A stretch of 60,673 nt of DNA from positions 1-60,673 of IMG/VR virus record IMGVR_UViG_3300036985_000346. One strand, given 5' to 3'. The notes beneath the pieces are model-generated. The model did no database searches. It saw only the letters and a program-made list of their open reading frames with translations, and was not told the DNA's origin. The DNA comes from a virus. Lineage: Duplodnaviria > Caudoviricetes. This document shows positions 31,585 to 41,968 of the stretch, piece by piece. Both the position numbers and the translations under genes were made by a program. How positions within the stretch are numbered: position 1 is the stretch's first letter; every line of letters begins with the position of its first letter.

Positions 31585-32996
31585 CAGAATGCCAATGCCT
31601 CAATCTGGGCTTCAAGACGGATGAATGACACGTGGGCATTGCTGTCTCCACGGAAACGCTGAATACGCCAGTTGCGCATGTGGCCCTGCTGAAACCATGC
31701 CAAGCGTTTGGCCGTGTTTCCTGTGGTGCCCACGCTAATGCTGCGGTCTTGGCTCCATGATTTGCCATCCACGCTGTAGCTGGTGCTGATCTGTGGGTTT
31801 GTGCCAATGGCCACGCTACCAGTCAGACTGACCAGCTCCATCTCGTTGAAGATTGCGCCATTGCTCTCGTTATAAACGATCAGTGTTCCAAATTCCCATC
31901 GCACTTGCTGGCCCCAATGATGGCCAGTGTTTTGCACAAAATACCCAATGGAATTGGACTGTGGATCACCCACAAGCCATTTGTCGTAGCACCAGACCAT
32001 ATTGCGTGCGCGATATTGCGCAAAGCCAACAATGGTGCTGGTCAGCGTAAACCAGACTTGTTCGCCAAGCGCTTCGGATGCTGATGCATCATAGACAACT
32101 GTGCGATCTGGCAGGTGCACGTATAGGTGCTGGTGGTTCTTGTCGTTTCGTGCTTCGAGCTTGACCGTGGCCAGTTGCTCCTCGCTGTATTCCAAAAGAA
32201 GATTGTCGATCTCTTGCGTGCTGATCTTTTGGGTGGTTGCTGCTGCGCCCACATAGATGCCTGGCGCTTCATTGCGTCCACCGCCCAAAAATGCAATGCG
32301 CTCAATGTAGACGCAGCATGCAAATGTGCCAACTACACCCTTTTGGATTTGAGCGCCATCAATGCGTGCAAATGGGAAAAGTTCACCACCCACATTGTCG
32401 AATACCTCAATGGTGTTGCGATTCAATGCATAGATTTCATTTCGCAGTTTCAGTAGCGCCACAATTGGGTCTGGGTCTGCTTCTGCGCTGCCGTACTTTA
32501 GCGGATTTACTACCAGCGGATTGGACAGTTCGGTGACGACCAAAAATTCACCATCGGTGGTCATGAAGTATCCATCAACCCAAACTACGTCAAGCACCAG
32601 ACCAAGGTCTGGGTCGGTGTTTTGTGTCAATGTGTTAGTGGCTGGATTCCAAAAATACAGTCTGCCACCAGATGCAATGGCAAGCAGATCAAAGCTGTAA
32701 TCAAACGTGACTAGCGTGTTAATTGGTCCACCAACACTGCCTAAGATTGTCACGACTCCATTGCTACCCACTGTCACCAGTTGCGTTCCCATGACTCGGT
32801 AGCAGACACCATTCCAGTTGATGCCGCCTCGATCTGTGCCTGGTCCTGTGCCATTGGCCACAATGCCATCGCCTGGTCGCAGAAATCCATTGCTGATGCC
32901 AGACTTCTTTGGCACAGGCATCATGTTGACCGGATAGCTGGTGCGCAACTCTGGCGTGTTGTCAGCGTAGATGCCGTTGAGAATTGGTATTTGCAT
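31584..32996 (-). CDS. DNA stabilization/tail hub protein, P22 gp10-like
   Basis: 470 aa, YPVNM, SAEADPD, beta-propeller-like character. Confidence 0.85.
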   Translation of the reverse strand: MQIPILNGIYADNTPELRTSYPVNMMPVPKKSGISNGFLRPGDGIVANGTGPGTDRGGINWNGVCYRVMGTQLVTVGSNGVVTILGSVGGPINTLVTFDYSFDLLAIASGGRLYFWNPATNTLTQNTDPDLGLVLDVVWVDGYFMTTDGEFLVVTELSNPLVVNPLKYGSAEADPDPIVALLKLRNEIYALNRNTIEVFDNVGGELFPFARIDGAQIQKGVVGTFACCVYIERIAFLGGGRNEAPGIYVGAAATTQKISTQEIDNLLLEYSEEQLATVKLEARNDKNHQHLYVHLPDRTVVYDASASEALGEQVWFTLTSTIVGFAQYRARNMVWCYDKWLVGDPQSNSIGYFVQNTGHHWGQQVRWEFGTLIVYNESNGAIFNEMELVSLTGSVAIGTNPQISTSYSVDGKSWSQDRSISVGTTGNTAKRLAWFQQGHMRNWRIQRFRGDSNAHVSFIRLEAQIEALAF

Positions 32997-33464
32997 TCAG
33001 GTCACCGCTTCATTCTGTTTTTGCCAGTAGCCACGGGGCAGTCTGTTTGATGTTTGTTCAGCAATTGTCGCCCATCGCACGTTACCTGGCTCATAATGTC
33101 CGAGTGGATCAATTCGGTCAAGCGTTGTATCCTCTGGCCGAATTCCAATGCAATCGATCATGTGTTGGAATGAGTCAAACTTAAACTCAATCTTGGCATA
33201 GCACGCATGGTGTTTTTCGCCCATCTTGCAGCGCTGCTTGGCCTTGTAGTAACTAGTTCGTGTCCTTGCAAGCGCTGGATCGTTTTTCACTCCAGTACCT
33301 TTGCGTGGGTGATCGCGGCCATCAAACCGCATCCGGTTATGGCATGGTTTGCAAATCGGGGGTTTACCCTGACTTAGCACTCTTGCGATGACATCTGACC
33401 GAACCATCCGTTTTTCTCCGCAGTTTGGACACTGCACTTCATGTTTCACATTTCCATTTGGCAT
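32997..33464 (-). CDS. Free-standing HNH endonuclease with N-terminal Zn ribbon
   Basis: CPNC...CKPC; TLDRIDPLGHYEPGNVRWAT...QTSN. Confidence 0.8.
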   Translation of the reverse strand: MPNGNVKHEVQCPNCGEKRMVRSDVIARVLSQGKPPICKPCHNRMRFDGRDHPRKGTGVKNDPALARTRTSYYKAKQRCKMGEKHHACYAKIEFKFDSFQHMIDCIGIRPEDTTLDRIDPLGHYEPGNVRWATIAEQTSNRLPRGYWQKQNEAVT

Positions 33465-33505
33465 ACATTGCTCCTTTGGTGCATTGTATTACCATTTGGG
33501 ATTAT

Positions 33506-33790
33506 TTACCACTTCACGCGATTACTCCAATACGCTGCGCTCATTTTGCCCTTGGCAATGTTTTCAGCGTGTCTGGCCTTGAATGATTCTCGACGAGCCT
33601 CGGATGCCTTTGATTCGCCTTCCTTCTTTGGAGACCCAGACACGCCTTGCTGACCAAAGCGAATTGTCTTCACTTGGTCACCAGCCTTGGCCACGACAAC
33701 GTGGCTTTTGGTTGGGTGCGATGGCGTGCGTTTTGGCTTGTTGTAGCCTTCCACGCCAGCGCGAGCAAGTCTTGAGTCCTTGGTGGCCAT
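33506..33790 (-). CDS. Small basic conserved phage protein (copy B)
   Basis: Homolog of 328-612. Confidence 0.8.
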   Translation of the reverse strand: MATKDSRLARAGVEGYNKPKRTPSHPTKSHVVVAKAGDQVKTIRFGQQGVSGSPKKEGESKASEARRESFKARHAENIAKGKMSAAYWSNRVKW

Positions 33791-34083
33791 TAGATGCCGC
33801 CTTCTCCTGTGGCCACGTTCAATGTGGTGCCAGATGCGGAGATGTGCGACAGAGCAGTGTCTTCTGTTGACTTGCGAATGATGATTTCGCTGTTGGCACG
33901 AACAGGAATGTCTGCTGTGGTTGCAGCGCCATCACCAATTCGCACGTAGCAGATGTTCGCGCCACTGTTGACCAACCGGACAGCTTTGTCCTGCTGGTTG
34001 ATGGTGATTGCAGCAGATGATGCTGCTGGTGTGACAACTTGGTTTGAGCCAAGGCGTGGGCTAAATTGATTTACGACTGACAT
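33790..34083 (-). CDS. Small beta-sandwich virion protein (97 aa), occupying the slot of 615-1808
   Basis: VRLVNSG...YVRIG...VATGEG. Confidence 0.6.
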   Translation of the reverse strand: MSVVNQFSPRLGSNQVVTPAASSAAITINQQDKAVRLVNSGANICYVRIGDGAATTADIPVRANSEIIIRKSTEDTALSHISASGTTLNVATGEGGI

Positions 34084-34099
34084 TGTTTTCTCCTAAAAA

Positions 34100-34555
34100 T
34101 TAAGCAATGCGATACCACGAGTTTGTGGCTTGATAGAAGCGCATGCGGAAGAAGTCCTGCGCTGCCAGTGTGCTTGGTGCTCCATAGCCATTGGCTGCGC
34201 CATTGAGCGCCAGCGTGAAGGCTGTGATCTGCTGGGTGGTGGTGATCAACACCTCAGTGCCATCAGGTGTTCCGGTGTTCAATGGCAAAGTGACCGTTCC
34301 GCTGGCCAGTGTGCCAGCAGGCTGGATGACCATCCATTGCTGTTCGCTGACTGGTGTTGGCACTGAAATGTTGAAGCCAGTGCCTGGTGTGTACAAGTTG
34401 GTGGCCACAGTAGGTGAAGCAAAAACCTGTTGGAAGTATTGCAACAATTGCGTGATCGAAACCTTCCGAGCGTCACCATTGTTGGAGACATAAACCGGCA
34501 GCAGATCACCGCCAGAGACTTGGCTGATGCCTGATAGTTGATTGATGGTTGGCAT
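34100..34555 (-). CDS. Putative virion structural protein (copy B)
   Basis: Homolog of 1827-2282. Confidence 0.65.
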   Translation of the reverse strand: MPTINQLSGISQVSGGDLLPVYVSNNGDARKVSITQLLQYFQQVFASPTVATNLYTPGTGFNISVPTPVSEQQWMVIQPAGTLASGTVTLPLNTGTPDGTEVLITTTQQITAFTLALNGAANGYGAPSTLAAQDFFRMRFYQATNSWYRIA

Positions 34556-34567
34556 GATTGTGATTCC

Positions 34568-35050
34568 TCAGTTGAATTCGAGTGGGCCATCTTGACCGGC
34601 CAAGACAGGATCGACTGGCGGACGGATGAAAGGATTGTCGTATACGCGCCAAGGCTTGTTGCCTGCGCCTGCTGGCATGGTGCTGGGGAGTTGTTGCTCC
34701 ATTGGCATAGCTGCGCGTGACAGGAGCGTGTTGTACGACTCTTTGGCTGTCATCTTGGTGTCAGGCATGACCTGCTTGCCGTAGCTTGGTGCCAGCTTGA
34801 TCGCCAAGTTGGTGTAGATAGCCTCGTTTGAGCTGTCAGGCACGTTGGTCTGCTCGTCCAGATCGCTGTCTTGGGGGCTTGATGGCAATGGATAGCCCAA
34901 GCGAATGCCGAGCGCGTTCCATGCTGCAATCATGGTGTCGAGCCTGCGCAGGGCAGACTGCAACTGTTCTGGTGTCAGATCAAAGACGTAGGAGGCTAGG
35001 CCAATTTCCTCGAAGGCCTGTGCGACGAATTGGCGTTTTGTCCATCCCAT
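34568..35050 (-). CDS. Head-tail adaptor, gp4-like (copy B)
   Basis: Homolog of 2295-2777. Confidence 0.8.
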   Translation of the reverse strand: MGWTKRQFVAQAFEEIGLASYVFDLTPEQLQSALRRLDTMIAAWNALGIRLGYPLPSSPQDSDLDEQTNVPDSSNEAIYTNLAIKLAPSYGKQVMPDTKMTAKESYNTLLSRAAMPMEQQLPSTMPAGAGNKPWRVYDNPFIRPPVDPVLAGQDGPLEFN

Positions 35051-35051
35051 G

Positions 35052-35345
35052 TCATTCTCCTGTGTTCTCAGACAATCTGTCTTGGATCAATTGTCCCAGT
35101 TTTTTGTCTTTTGTGCGACCATCAAAGCGAATTCCTAATTCGGTGGCCTTTGCTTCAAGTTCTTCGCGGGTTGGCAAGGCATCGTCTTCTGGCACGATGG
35201 CCTGAGCTTCTGCTGCCTTGGCTGCTGCCTCGGCCTGCTCGCGTATCAATCGATGATTGATACCGTCGATTGGCTTGGAAGGCTTGCGTACCTTGACAGG
35301 CTTTTTGTTCTTTGCATACCTTGGCATGAGAATGATGTCCTGCAT
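35052..35345 (-). CDS. Protein with C-terminal HeH-like domain and a different N-terminus
   Basis: Last ~40 aa match 2779-3213. Confidence 0.65.
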   Translation of the reverse strand: MQDIILMPRYAKNKKPVKVRKPSKPIDGINHRLIREQAEAAAKAAEAQAIVPEDDALPTREELEAKATELGIRFDGRTKDKKLGQLIQDRLSENTGE

Positions 35346-35521
35346 CACTTGGCCTTTCTTTTCATGGGCTTGGCTGTTTTTGCTGCGGCTTTAAATGCTG
35401 CGGCAGTAGGTGCGCCCTTTGTGCCAGGCTTGCGCATGCGCTCAGGTGTTTTGCCTGCGGCCTTCTGGTCTGCAATACGCTCACGCTTGGCGTGAATGTT
35501 GGCATACAAGCCGGTCTTCAT
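35345..35521 (-). CDS. Small basic protein (58 aa)
   Basis: MKTGLYANIHAKRERI; homolog of 3210-3383. Confidence 0.75.
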   Translation of the reverse strand: MKTGLYANIHAKRERIADQKAAGKTPERMRKPGTKGAPTAAAFKAAAKTAKPMKRKAK

Positions 35522-35688
35522 TTCATGGCCTTTTTAGGCGCTTTGCTGGGCTTGCCTGCGGCCTTGGCTGCTTTAGTAGCCACGTTCAATGCGATGGCCA
35601 CGGCCTGCTTCATTGGCTTGCCGGACTTCTTTTCCATCTTGATGTTCTTGCCGATGGACTTGCTCGAATAACCTTTTGTCAATGGCAT
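35518..35688 (-). CDS. Small basic protein (56 aa)
   Basis: MPLTKGYSSKSIGKNI; homolog of 3380-3559. Confidence 0.75.
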   Translation of the reverse strand: MPLTKGYSSKSIGKNIKMEKKSGKPMKQAVAIALNVATKAAKAAGKPSKAPKKAMK

Positions 35689-35701
35689 GGTGTGCTCCTA
35701 T

Positions 35702-35726
35702 TGAGAAAGGGGGGCCGAAGCCCCCC
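35702..35726 (-). terminator. Intrinsic terminator after coat gene B
   Basis: GGGGGGC-UUCG-GCCCCCC-UUUCU. Confidence 0.7.
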
Positions 35727-35742
35727 AGTCTGTTTTGCTGGA

Positions 35743-37026
35743 TTACTGGTTGAACAACAAGATGCCGGACATCTCGGGGTTCTTGTTAACCACACCGAAC
35801 AGCGTGTCCATACGATACTTGATCGTCATGCTGTTGATGTCGTACCACTTTTGCAAGACCAACTCGATGCCTTGGTCTGTGCTTGCACGCATCACTGCGA
35901 CACCAGCGTCAGAGGGCACTGCGTAACGGCCAGGCAAGATTTCCAAGGAATCACGCTGCCAGAACACGTTCACAGAAGCTGCGTTGGCGTTCAAGAAGGT
36001 GATGGCAGAAGTGTTGGAAGCTGGATCGACTTCCACGTTCTTGTATTGCTTTTGAGCATCAGTAGCACCAGATTGAGCGCCAATGATTGGAGGTGTGATG
36101 GTCATGGTAGTACCAGAATCAACAGACACAACACGGAAAGTCTTCAACTGACCAGTGCTTTGCTTGGTGATGTGGTGCACAGCGTACACGCCTGCGATCT
36201 TGAATGCATCGCCAGCAACCACACCAGTGGTCGATGAAACGGTGACGGTCTGGAAGCGGTTGTCCACGTTGATCTGGCCGCCCACAGCTGTGGAAGTGGC
36301 TTGAGGAGCGTAGTTCGCTTGTGTGCCTGCACCGCTTGTGTCGATGGTGATCGAACCACCACCACCAGCTGCTGCCAAACGGTTTGCGTAGTCCATCTTG
36401 TAGGTGTCGAAACCTGCGACCATGCCAACGTAGTTGCGCTCGTATGCCTTGTCAGACTTGGCATTGCCGAACGAACGGCTGGCTTGTGACAAGTTACCGG
36501 CCAGACCGTTGTAGTCACGGCTAGACAAAGCCATGAAACGATCGTAGTCAGGCACGCCTTGCTCGTTCATGATGGTGTCGCACAAGGAGACATCATCATA
36601 ATCACCAGCAGCGCCACCGATAGGCACAACCAAAGAGCCGAGGTTAGCGGCAGAACTCATGATGGCCACGTTGATGTCAGAGGCCAGCTTTTGCTTGGCG
36701 CTCTCACCCAGACGGCCTTCTTGCAATGCATCGCGCAACTCAAGAGCAGTCATTTCCCAAGGCACAGTCTGGCTGTAACCCAAAGTAGCGGGAACGGCCA
36801 ACTGAGTCATGCCTTGGTATTGGCCAGCGATGCTGGTGCCAGGCGTGCTGTTGATGGACTGAGCAATGTAAGGTTGGGGACGCCAGATGGTGTTGTTGGC
36901 GCGTTCCATCATTGTCTGATCTGTGTTGTAGATGTTGACATGACGTGACAAAACCAATGCGTCTTGGAAGCCTTCGAGGAGGTCTTCAAACGCGACGCGT
37001 TCTTCTTTTGAGAAACTGTTAGACAT
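35743..37026 (-). CDS. Major capsid protein B
   Basis: Homolog of 3621-4895. Confidence 0.9.
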   Translation of the reverse strand: MSNSFSKEERVAFEDLLEGFQDALVLSRHVNIYNTDQTMMERANNTIWRPQPYIAQSINSTPGTSIAGQYQGMTQLAVPATLGYSQTVPWEMTALELRDALQEGRLGESAKQKLASDINVAIMSSAANLGSLVVPIGGAAGDYDDVSLCDTIMNEQGVPDYDRFMALSSRDYNGLAGNLSQASRSFGNAKSDKAYERNYVGMVAGFDTYKMDYANRLAAAGGGGSITIDTSGAGTQANYAPQATSTAVGGQINVDNRFQTVTVSSTTGVVAGDAFKIAGVYAVHHITKQSTGQLKTFRVVSVDSGTTMTITPPIIGAQSGATDAQKQYKNVEVDPASNTSAITFLNANAASVNVFWQRDSLEILPGRYAVPSDAGVAVMRASTDQGIELVLQKWYDINSMTIKYRMDTLFGVVNKNPEMSGILLFNQ

Positions 37027-37043
37027 AATATTTCCTTAAAAAA

Positions 37044-37940
37044 TCATTTTGATGAAGCTGCTCGCTTCTGCGCCTTGTACTGCACGACTTTCGTCATGTT
37101 GCCAGTACGAGCCGCTTCTTCTCGCAGCCGTTCGAGGGTTGAGTCCACCGCCCCAGATACTCGGCCAGTTCCTGACACGATTCTCTCGGGTGGCGGGGCT
37201 GCCTTACGGTTTGTAACTTTCAATTCTTTCTCCAGTTTTGCTACCGCAAAGGCAAACTTTACAGGGTCTTTAATGTCGGACAGCTCTTTTGCCTTCTTTG
37301 GGTTCTTTCCGAGCGCGTAGATGACGAGCGCAGGATTATCTGCACCTTGGAGCACCACGCCTTGCTGGGTGATGTTGAACAACTCTTGGGCCACGGCCTC
37401 AGCGTCTTCAAAATCTTTGACTCTCAGCTCGGCTTTCGCCTTGCCATAGCCATCCAGTTTGGCTTGCCATGCTTTTTGCTGATTCATAACTTCAGCTTCT
37501 TGCGCGGCTGCGGCTTCATCGGCTTTTCGCTTGCGCTCAAACCAATCGGCCAGTGCTGCCTCGAATTTGTCAGCGTCATAGTCGTGTTCTTCAAGACTTG
37601 GCTTCTTGCCCAGCACGACCGGCTTGGTCTCAGTCTGTGCGGTGCTTTGCAGCTTGCCTTGCAGTTCACGGTTTTGCCGTTGCAATTCTCTGTTCGTCTT
37701 ACGCAGCTCGCGTACCCATTCAGGCGCGTGAGTCTGTTCTTCGGGAGGTGGCGCTTCCTCACCAATGGATACGATCACCTCGTCGCTGTCGCCTTCGTTG
37801 CTTTCGGTGTCTTGGTCTTCGCCCTGGTCACCAATGGATTTGTGCTCATCGGTGGTTTGCTCAGTGTCTTGACCTTCGTCCTCAACAACGATGGTGTCAT
37901 CGTCTTGGTTTTCTTCTCCTGATACTGCCTTTGTGTTCAT
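37044..37940 (-). CDS. Scaffolding protein B
   Basis: Homolog of 4921-5814. Confidence 0.8.
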   Translation of the reverse strand: MNTKAVSGEENQDDDTIVVEDEGQDTEQTTDEHKSIGDQGEDQDTESNEGDSDEVIVSIGEEAPPPEEQTHAPEWVRELRKTNRELQRQNRELQGKLQSTAQTETKPVVLGKKPSLEEHDYDADKFEAALADWFERKRKADEAAAAQEAEVMNQQKAWQAKLDGYGKAKAELRVKDFEDAEAVAQELFNITQQGVVLQGADNPALVIYALGKNPKKAKELSDIKDPVKFAFAVAKLEKELKVTNRKAAPPPERIVSGTGRVSGAVDSTLERLREEAARTGNMTKVVQYKAQKRAASSK

Positions 37941-38014
37941 CTTCTGACCCCATCAAACTCACCCATTAGAACGGCTGGGTGGATGCCGTTTATCACATTC
38001 TCGCTCTTTTTCAT

Positions 38015-40075
38015 TCACCTTACAACTGGTTGAACGATCTGGCCTTGCAAAATTTGTTGCACTGCCTCTGCATTTGTGAGCGCCATGTTCTGTGCGGTCT
38101 CGTCGACCTTGCCCAAAGTCTCCAGCGTTTGAGCGCGTTTGAGTTCTGCGCTGGCCACGGTTTCGACGGTGTCGGCTCTGGCTTTGGCTGCTTTGGCAGT
38201 TTCATTCTCAGCTGCGGCTTGCAGGTACATGGCATTCGGGTCTTGCGGCTGACCTTGCATTTCGGCCATGAGTTCTTCGGCTTCCATGTCGGTTGGCTTG
38301 ACCACGCCCATGCGCAGGAGCTTTTTGCGGAAGTATGCATTGGCATCGCCCACGCCTTCGCCTTCCATGTTCATCATGGCCATTGCGGTCAGCACCTGAG
38401 CTGTCTCTGGGTCTTGGGTGATCTGGAGCATGCCGGTCAGGGCGCGAACGGTTGCCTGTCGCTTGCTGCTGCTTGATGGGCCAACATCAGCGATCACATC
38501 AAAGGTGGCACTGGTCAGATCGTTTTCCATGACCACTGCACCAGTTTCCTGATCGATGGATGGCTTCATCAGCTCGACCATGCCAGCCTCGCCAGTTGCC
38601 GCGATGGTCTTCATCTTGCGCTTGTCTTCGGTGTAGATGTCGCGTGCCATTGAGAGCCAGATTTCACCGCAGCGCTTCATGCCCTTGGCAAAGTTGCTCA
38701 TGTAGATGAAGGCTTGGCCATCGACTCGGGCCTGAATCATCTCCACGGCCTTGCCTGAGATGTTGCTGACCATCTTGTCTGCGCCAGCTGGATTGCCCAG
38801 AATGTCTTGCATGTCGGTTTCGGTGATCTGCAAGAGCGCGGCCATTGCCGGTGGGATCGCTGCACTGCGGGTGTAGGCCACTGGGCCGCTGACCGCTTGG
38901 TTGCCATTCTGGTCTGTGATCGGGTTGATCAGCAGGTACGGATAGTCCTTGAGGTTGTCCTCGGCCCACATGACTTGGTGGCCAGCGACCTGCTCAGGCG
39001 TGAGGATTGGCTTCTCGACTGAGGACAAGGCGCTGATCTCGCCCAGCTTGGACAGCTGCATGTTCTTCAGGCGCTGGGCATCCTTAGCCAGACGCACATG
39101 GCCCATGCATCGCTCGACATTGTCGACAAACCAGCGCTTGCCGTAGACGACCACGATTGGGATGCACTTGCCTGCAATGTAGCCTGCGTCTTCGAGCACC
39201 TTGCCGCCTGACATGATGTACTTGTGCACGCGCTTGGTCTTGATCTTGCGCTGGCGCACTTCGACTGTGCCGATGGCTGCCAGTGTTTCCTCAAGCATTT
39301 CATCATTGTCGAAGTCGGCTTTGGTGTAGCGTTCTTCCTCGCCTGTGATGGTCTGGAAAATGCGGATGGTCTCGGTCTTTTCCTCGACCTTGTAGTACTC
39401 GGCCACGTAGACCACATCGGGTGTGCACCAGTCGAATTCGTACTGGTGGATGATCTTTGGCCAGTCGGTCGGGTCATCGCCCCAAGTTTCTTTGTATGCC
39501 TGGCGCGTCATCGATGTGACGACAAAGCAGAACTTGGCATCGCTCTTGTCTTGGCGCTTGGCACCAAGGTCAAAGAACACCGAGCTGTCAGCATCAAAGA
39601 TTGGCTCGATGCGGATGCGCTGGCGGTCGTCCTCTGAGTCTTCCTCGTCTTCGTAAACTGTGCGCAAGCGCCACGCACCAATGCCGCCACCGACCGCTTC
39701 CTCGAAGGCGTTATCGTAGGCTTCATCGGCCACGGATGCCTGCTCGTCGGCTCGGTACAGGCCATCGCAGACCTCGGCCAGCTTGTCGTTCTCCATGCCA
39801 TCTTTGGACACGAAGTCGACGGTGATGCGATTGTTGCGGTATTCGTTGACCACTCGGATCACGGCCAGCATGATCTTGTTGACCTCGAACTTGGGTTTGT
39901 TCTCGTACTGATCCCAGAGTGGGCCTTCCCACTGGCTGCCTGCCAGAGAGTAGAAGCGCCTGTCTTGGAGGCATTGCAGGCGTTCATCGCGCAGTGCGCT
40001 TTGCACATCATCGAATTGCGCAAGGGCTTCGTCGTGCAGATTTGCAAGGCGTTGGTCGTTTGAGAGTCGGGCCAT
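38015..40075 (-). CDS. Portal protein B
   Basis: Homolog of 5889-7949. Confidence 0.9.
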   Translation of the reverse strand: MARLSNDQRLANLHDEALAQFDDVQSALRDERLQCLQDRRFYSLAGSQWEGPLWDQYENKPKFEVNKIMLAVIRVVNEYRNNRITVDFVSKDGMENDKLAEVCDGLYRADEQASVADEAYDNAFEEAVGGGIGAWRLRTVYEDEEDSEDDRQRIRIEPIFDADSSVFFDLGAKRQDKSDAKFCFVVTSMTRQAYKETWGDDPTDWPKIIHQYEFDWCTPDVVYVAEYYKVEEKTETIRIFQTITGEEERYTKADFDNDEMLEETLAAIGTVEVRQRKIKTKRVHKYIMSGGKVLEDAGYIAGKCIPIVVVYGKRWFVDNVERCMGHVRLAKDAQRLKNMQLSKLGEISALSSVEKPILTPEQVAGHQVMWAEDNLKDYPYLLINPITDQNGNQAVSGPVAYTRSAAIPPAMAALLQITETDMQDILGNPAGADKMVSNISGKAVEMIQARVDGQAFIYMSNFAKGMKRCGEIWLSMARDIYTEDKRKMKTIAATGEAGMVELMKPSIDQETGAVVMENDLTSATFDVIADVGPSSSSKRQATVRALTGMLQITQDPETAQVLTAMAMMNMEGEGVGDANAYFRKKLLRMGVVKPTDMEAEELMAEMQGQPQDPNAMYLQAAAENETAKAAKARADTVETVASAELKRAQTLETLGKVDETAQNMALTNAEAVQQILQGQIVQPVVR

Positions 40076-40102
40076 GTTATATCCTCATTTTGTGTGATTT
40101 TC

Positions 40103-41326
40103 TCACCATTTCTTTACATTTGGCAATGGAGTGAATGTTGCAGGCTTTGTGATTGCTGCACGCCTTACGCCTTCGCAGGCATAACGCAGGGCATCGATCA
40201 CGTGGTTTTTCTTGTCTTCGAGCACCGGCAAGATTTTGCCGGTCAGTGGGTCTTGCTTGTAACTGTACAGCGTCAGCTCGTCGATTGTGTGGATGCATCG
40301 AGGATGCACGACGATGTCGTAGTTCTTCAAAAACTCGATGCCTTCCTCGACCGACTTAGGGCCTTTGACCGCTGTCATGATCTTTGGGAAGCCATTCTTT
40401 TTCATGTGGCTGATCGTCTCTGGCCTGGCTGAGTCGGCCACGATTGGCCACTTCTCGGCCTCTGGCACCTGCATGAACAGCTCGGGTGTGTTCACGATCT
40501 CGCAGCCGACCATGTAGGCTTCGTAATCGATGTACAGCGTGCGGCCAACGATGTGGCAGCGCACCAGCGTGGTCGGGTCGACCGCGAAGCCCCAGTCTGC
40601 ACCGAGCCTGTGGATTGCGTCTGGTGGTGCCTCGAAGTCCTCGACGCGCCAGTTCTTGAACACTCGGGTGTTGCTGTTTGTGAGGTAGCTGCCCATCCAG
40701 ACATGCTGGTATTTGTCTGGGTCGCGCCTCTTGTCGTACTCCATCTCGTCGCGCAGGACAGATGGAAACCAAGGGTTGTCGGTGAAGTTGACCTTGAGGA
40801 CGGTCGCGTCTTTTGGCGGTGTCGGGCCGCGAAGCAGGAAGTCGACAGGGTCGTTCTGTTGGCGCGGGTTCCACGTAAACCACAGCTCGGACTCTGGCTT
40901 GCGGATGGTTGGCCGCAGTAGGTCGAGGCTGGTCTGGCTTAGGCTTTGGGCTTCCTCCACCCATGCGCAGTCGTAACCTTCGAGCGATTTTATGGAGTCA
41001 GCTGTGTGGTTTTGCATGCCTTGAAAGATGATCATGCCATCGCCCTTCTTGGACTTGATCACGGCTTCCTGCACCTCGAAGTACGCGCCAGCGTTCATTT
41101 GCTCGATCTTCGTCTCCAGCAGGCGCTTGACCGACTGGTTGAGCGACTTCTGGATTTCACGCACGCAGACGCTTCTGCGTTTCTGGTCAATGATGTGGGC
41201 CTCGATCATCAGCTCGGCAAACATGTGGGATTTGCCGGAGCCTCGGCCACCCCATGCGCCTTTGTATCGGCTAGCATCCAGAAGTGGAAGCGCCCACTCA
41301 GGGGTTGGAAGTTGCAGAACGGTCAT
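40103..41326 (-). CDS. terL: Terminase large subunit B
   Basis: Same motifs as 7977-9200. Confidence 0.95.
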   Translation of the reverse strand: MTVLQLPTPEWALPLLDASRYKGAWGGRGSGKSHMFAELMIEAHIIDQKRRSVCVREIQKSLNQSVKRLLETKIEQMNAGAYFEVQEAVIKSKKGDGMIIFQGMQNHTADSIKSLEGYDCAWVEEAQSLSQTSLDLLRPTIRKPESELWFTWNPRQQNDPVDFLLRGPTPPKDATVLKVNFTDNPWFPSVLRDEMEYDKRRDPDKYQHVWMGSYLTNSNTRVFKNWRVEDFEAPPDAIHRLGADWGFAVDPTTLVRCHIVGRTLYIDYEAYMVGCEIVNTPELFMQVPEAEKWPIVADSARPETISHMKKNGFPKIMTAVKGPKSVEEGIEFLKNYDIVVHPRCIHTIDELTLYSYKQDPLTGKILPVLEDKKNHVIDALRYACEGVRRAAITKPATFTPLPNVKKW

Positions 41327-41775
41327 GCCTTAACGACCACGCGCTCAATGCGTTGCACCAGGGGATTGGCTGGATCGCCAGACACTTCGATCTTGTCGCC
41401 AAACTTCTTTGGGGCCATCTTTGACAACAGCCATTTGCGGGTGTCAACTTGTAGTCTGTGTTTTTGCACTGCCGCCCAGTCTTTCTTGCCATCCACAGCC
41501 ACGCCAACGTCTTGATCGCTGATCTCCATGATCTCTGTGGCCATGCGTTCGATCAGGTCTTCCCTCGCGCGCGCGTAATTTTCCGCAAGGGTAGCATCAT
41601 CGTCAACCCAGCGTAAGAAAGTGCTATTTGGAACACCAGCTGCTTGACAGGCTTTGAATGCGCTCAGACCGCTGCGCATCCCTTTCAGCACCATGTCAGC
41701 AATCACGGCTCGGTCTTCACTGCCTGGCTTGGTTCGCTTGGCTGGAGCTTTTGCTTTGTGGGTTTTTGTGGTCAT
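41323..41775 (-). CDS. terS: Terminase small subunit B
   Basis: Homolog of 9197-9649. Confidence 0.9.
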   Translation of the reverse strand: MTTKTHKAKAPAKRTKPGSEDRAVIADMVLKGMRSGLSAFKACQAAGVPNSTFLRWVDDDATLAENYARAREDLIERMATEIMEISDQDVGVAVDGKKDWAAVQKHRLQVDTRKWLLSKMAPKKFGDKIEVSGDPANPLVQRIERVVVKA

Positions 41776-41954
41776 GATGCATTGTCCTTCATGTTTTCAA
41801 TTCGCGCTAGTTTCATGGCATCTTTTAAATCAAGCCTGAGCTGCTCGTTTGCGGCCTGCTCATCTTGAAGTCGGATGTAGACCTCATGTGCAAACTTGGC
41901 CAGCGTGTCATGTTGCCATGTTGCAAAGTTTGGGGTTTCTCGTTTGTTGTTCAT
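41772..41954 (-). CDS. Hypothetical protein (60 aa)
   Basis: Homolog of 9646-9828. Confidence 0.7.
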   Translation of the reverse strand: MNNKRETPNFATWQHDTLAKFAHEVYIRLQDEQAANEQLRLDLKDAMKLARIENMKDNAS

Positions 41955-41968
41955 TTTCGTGATCTGCC

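Larger units (their letters stand above)
1..33178. mobile_element. Phage genome A (P22-like podovirus, complete circularly permuted unit, 33,178 bp)
   Basis: Full packaging, head, tail, lysis and replication gene set; the sequence at position 1 recurs at 33179. Confidence 0.9.
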
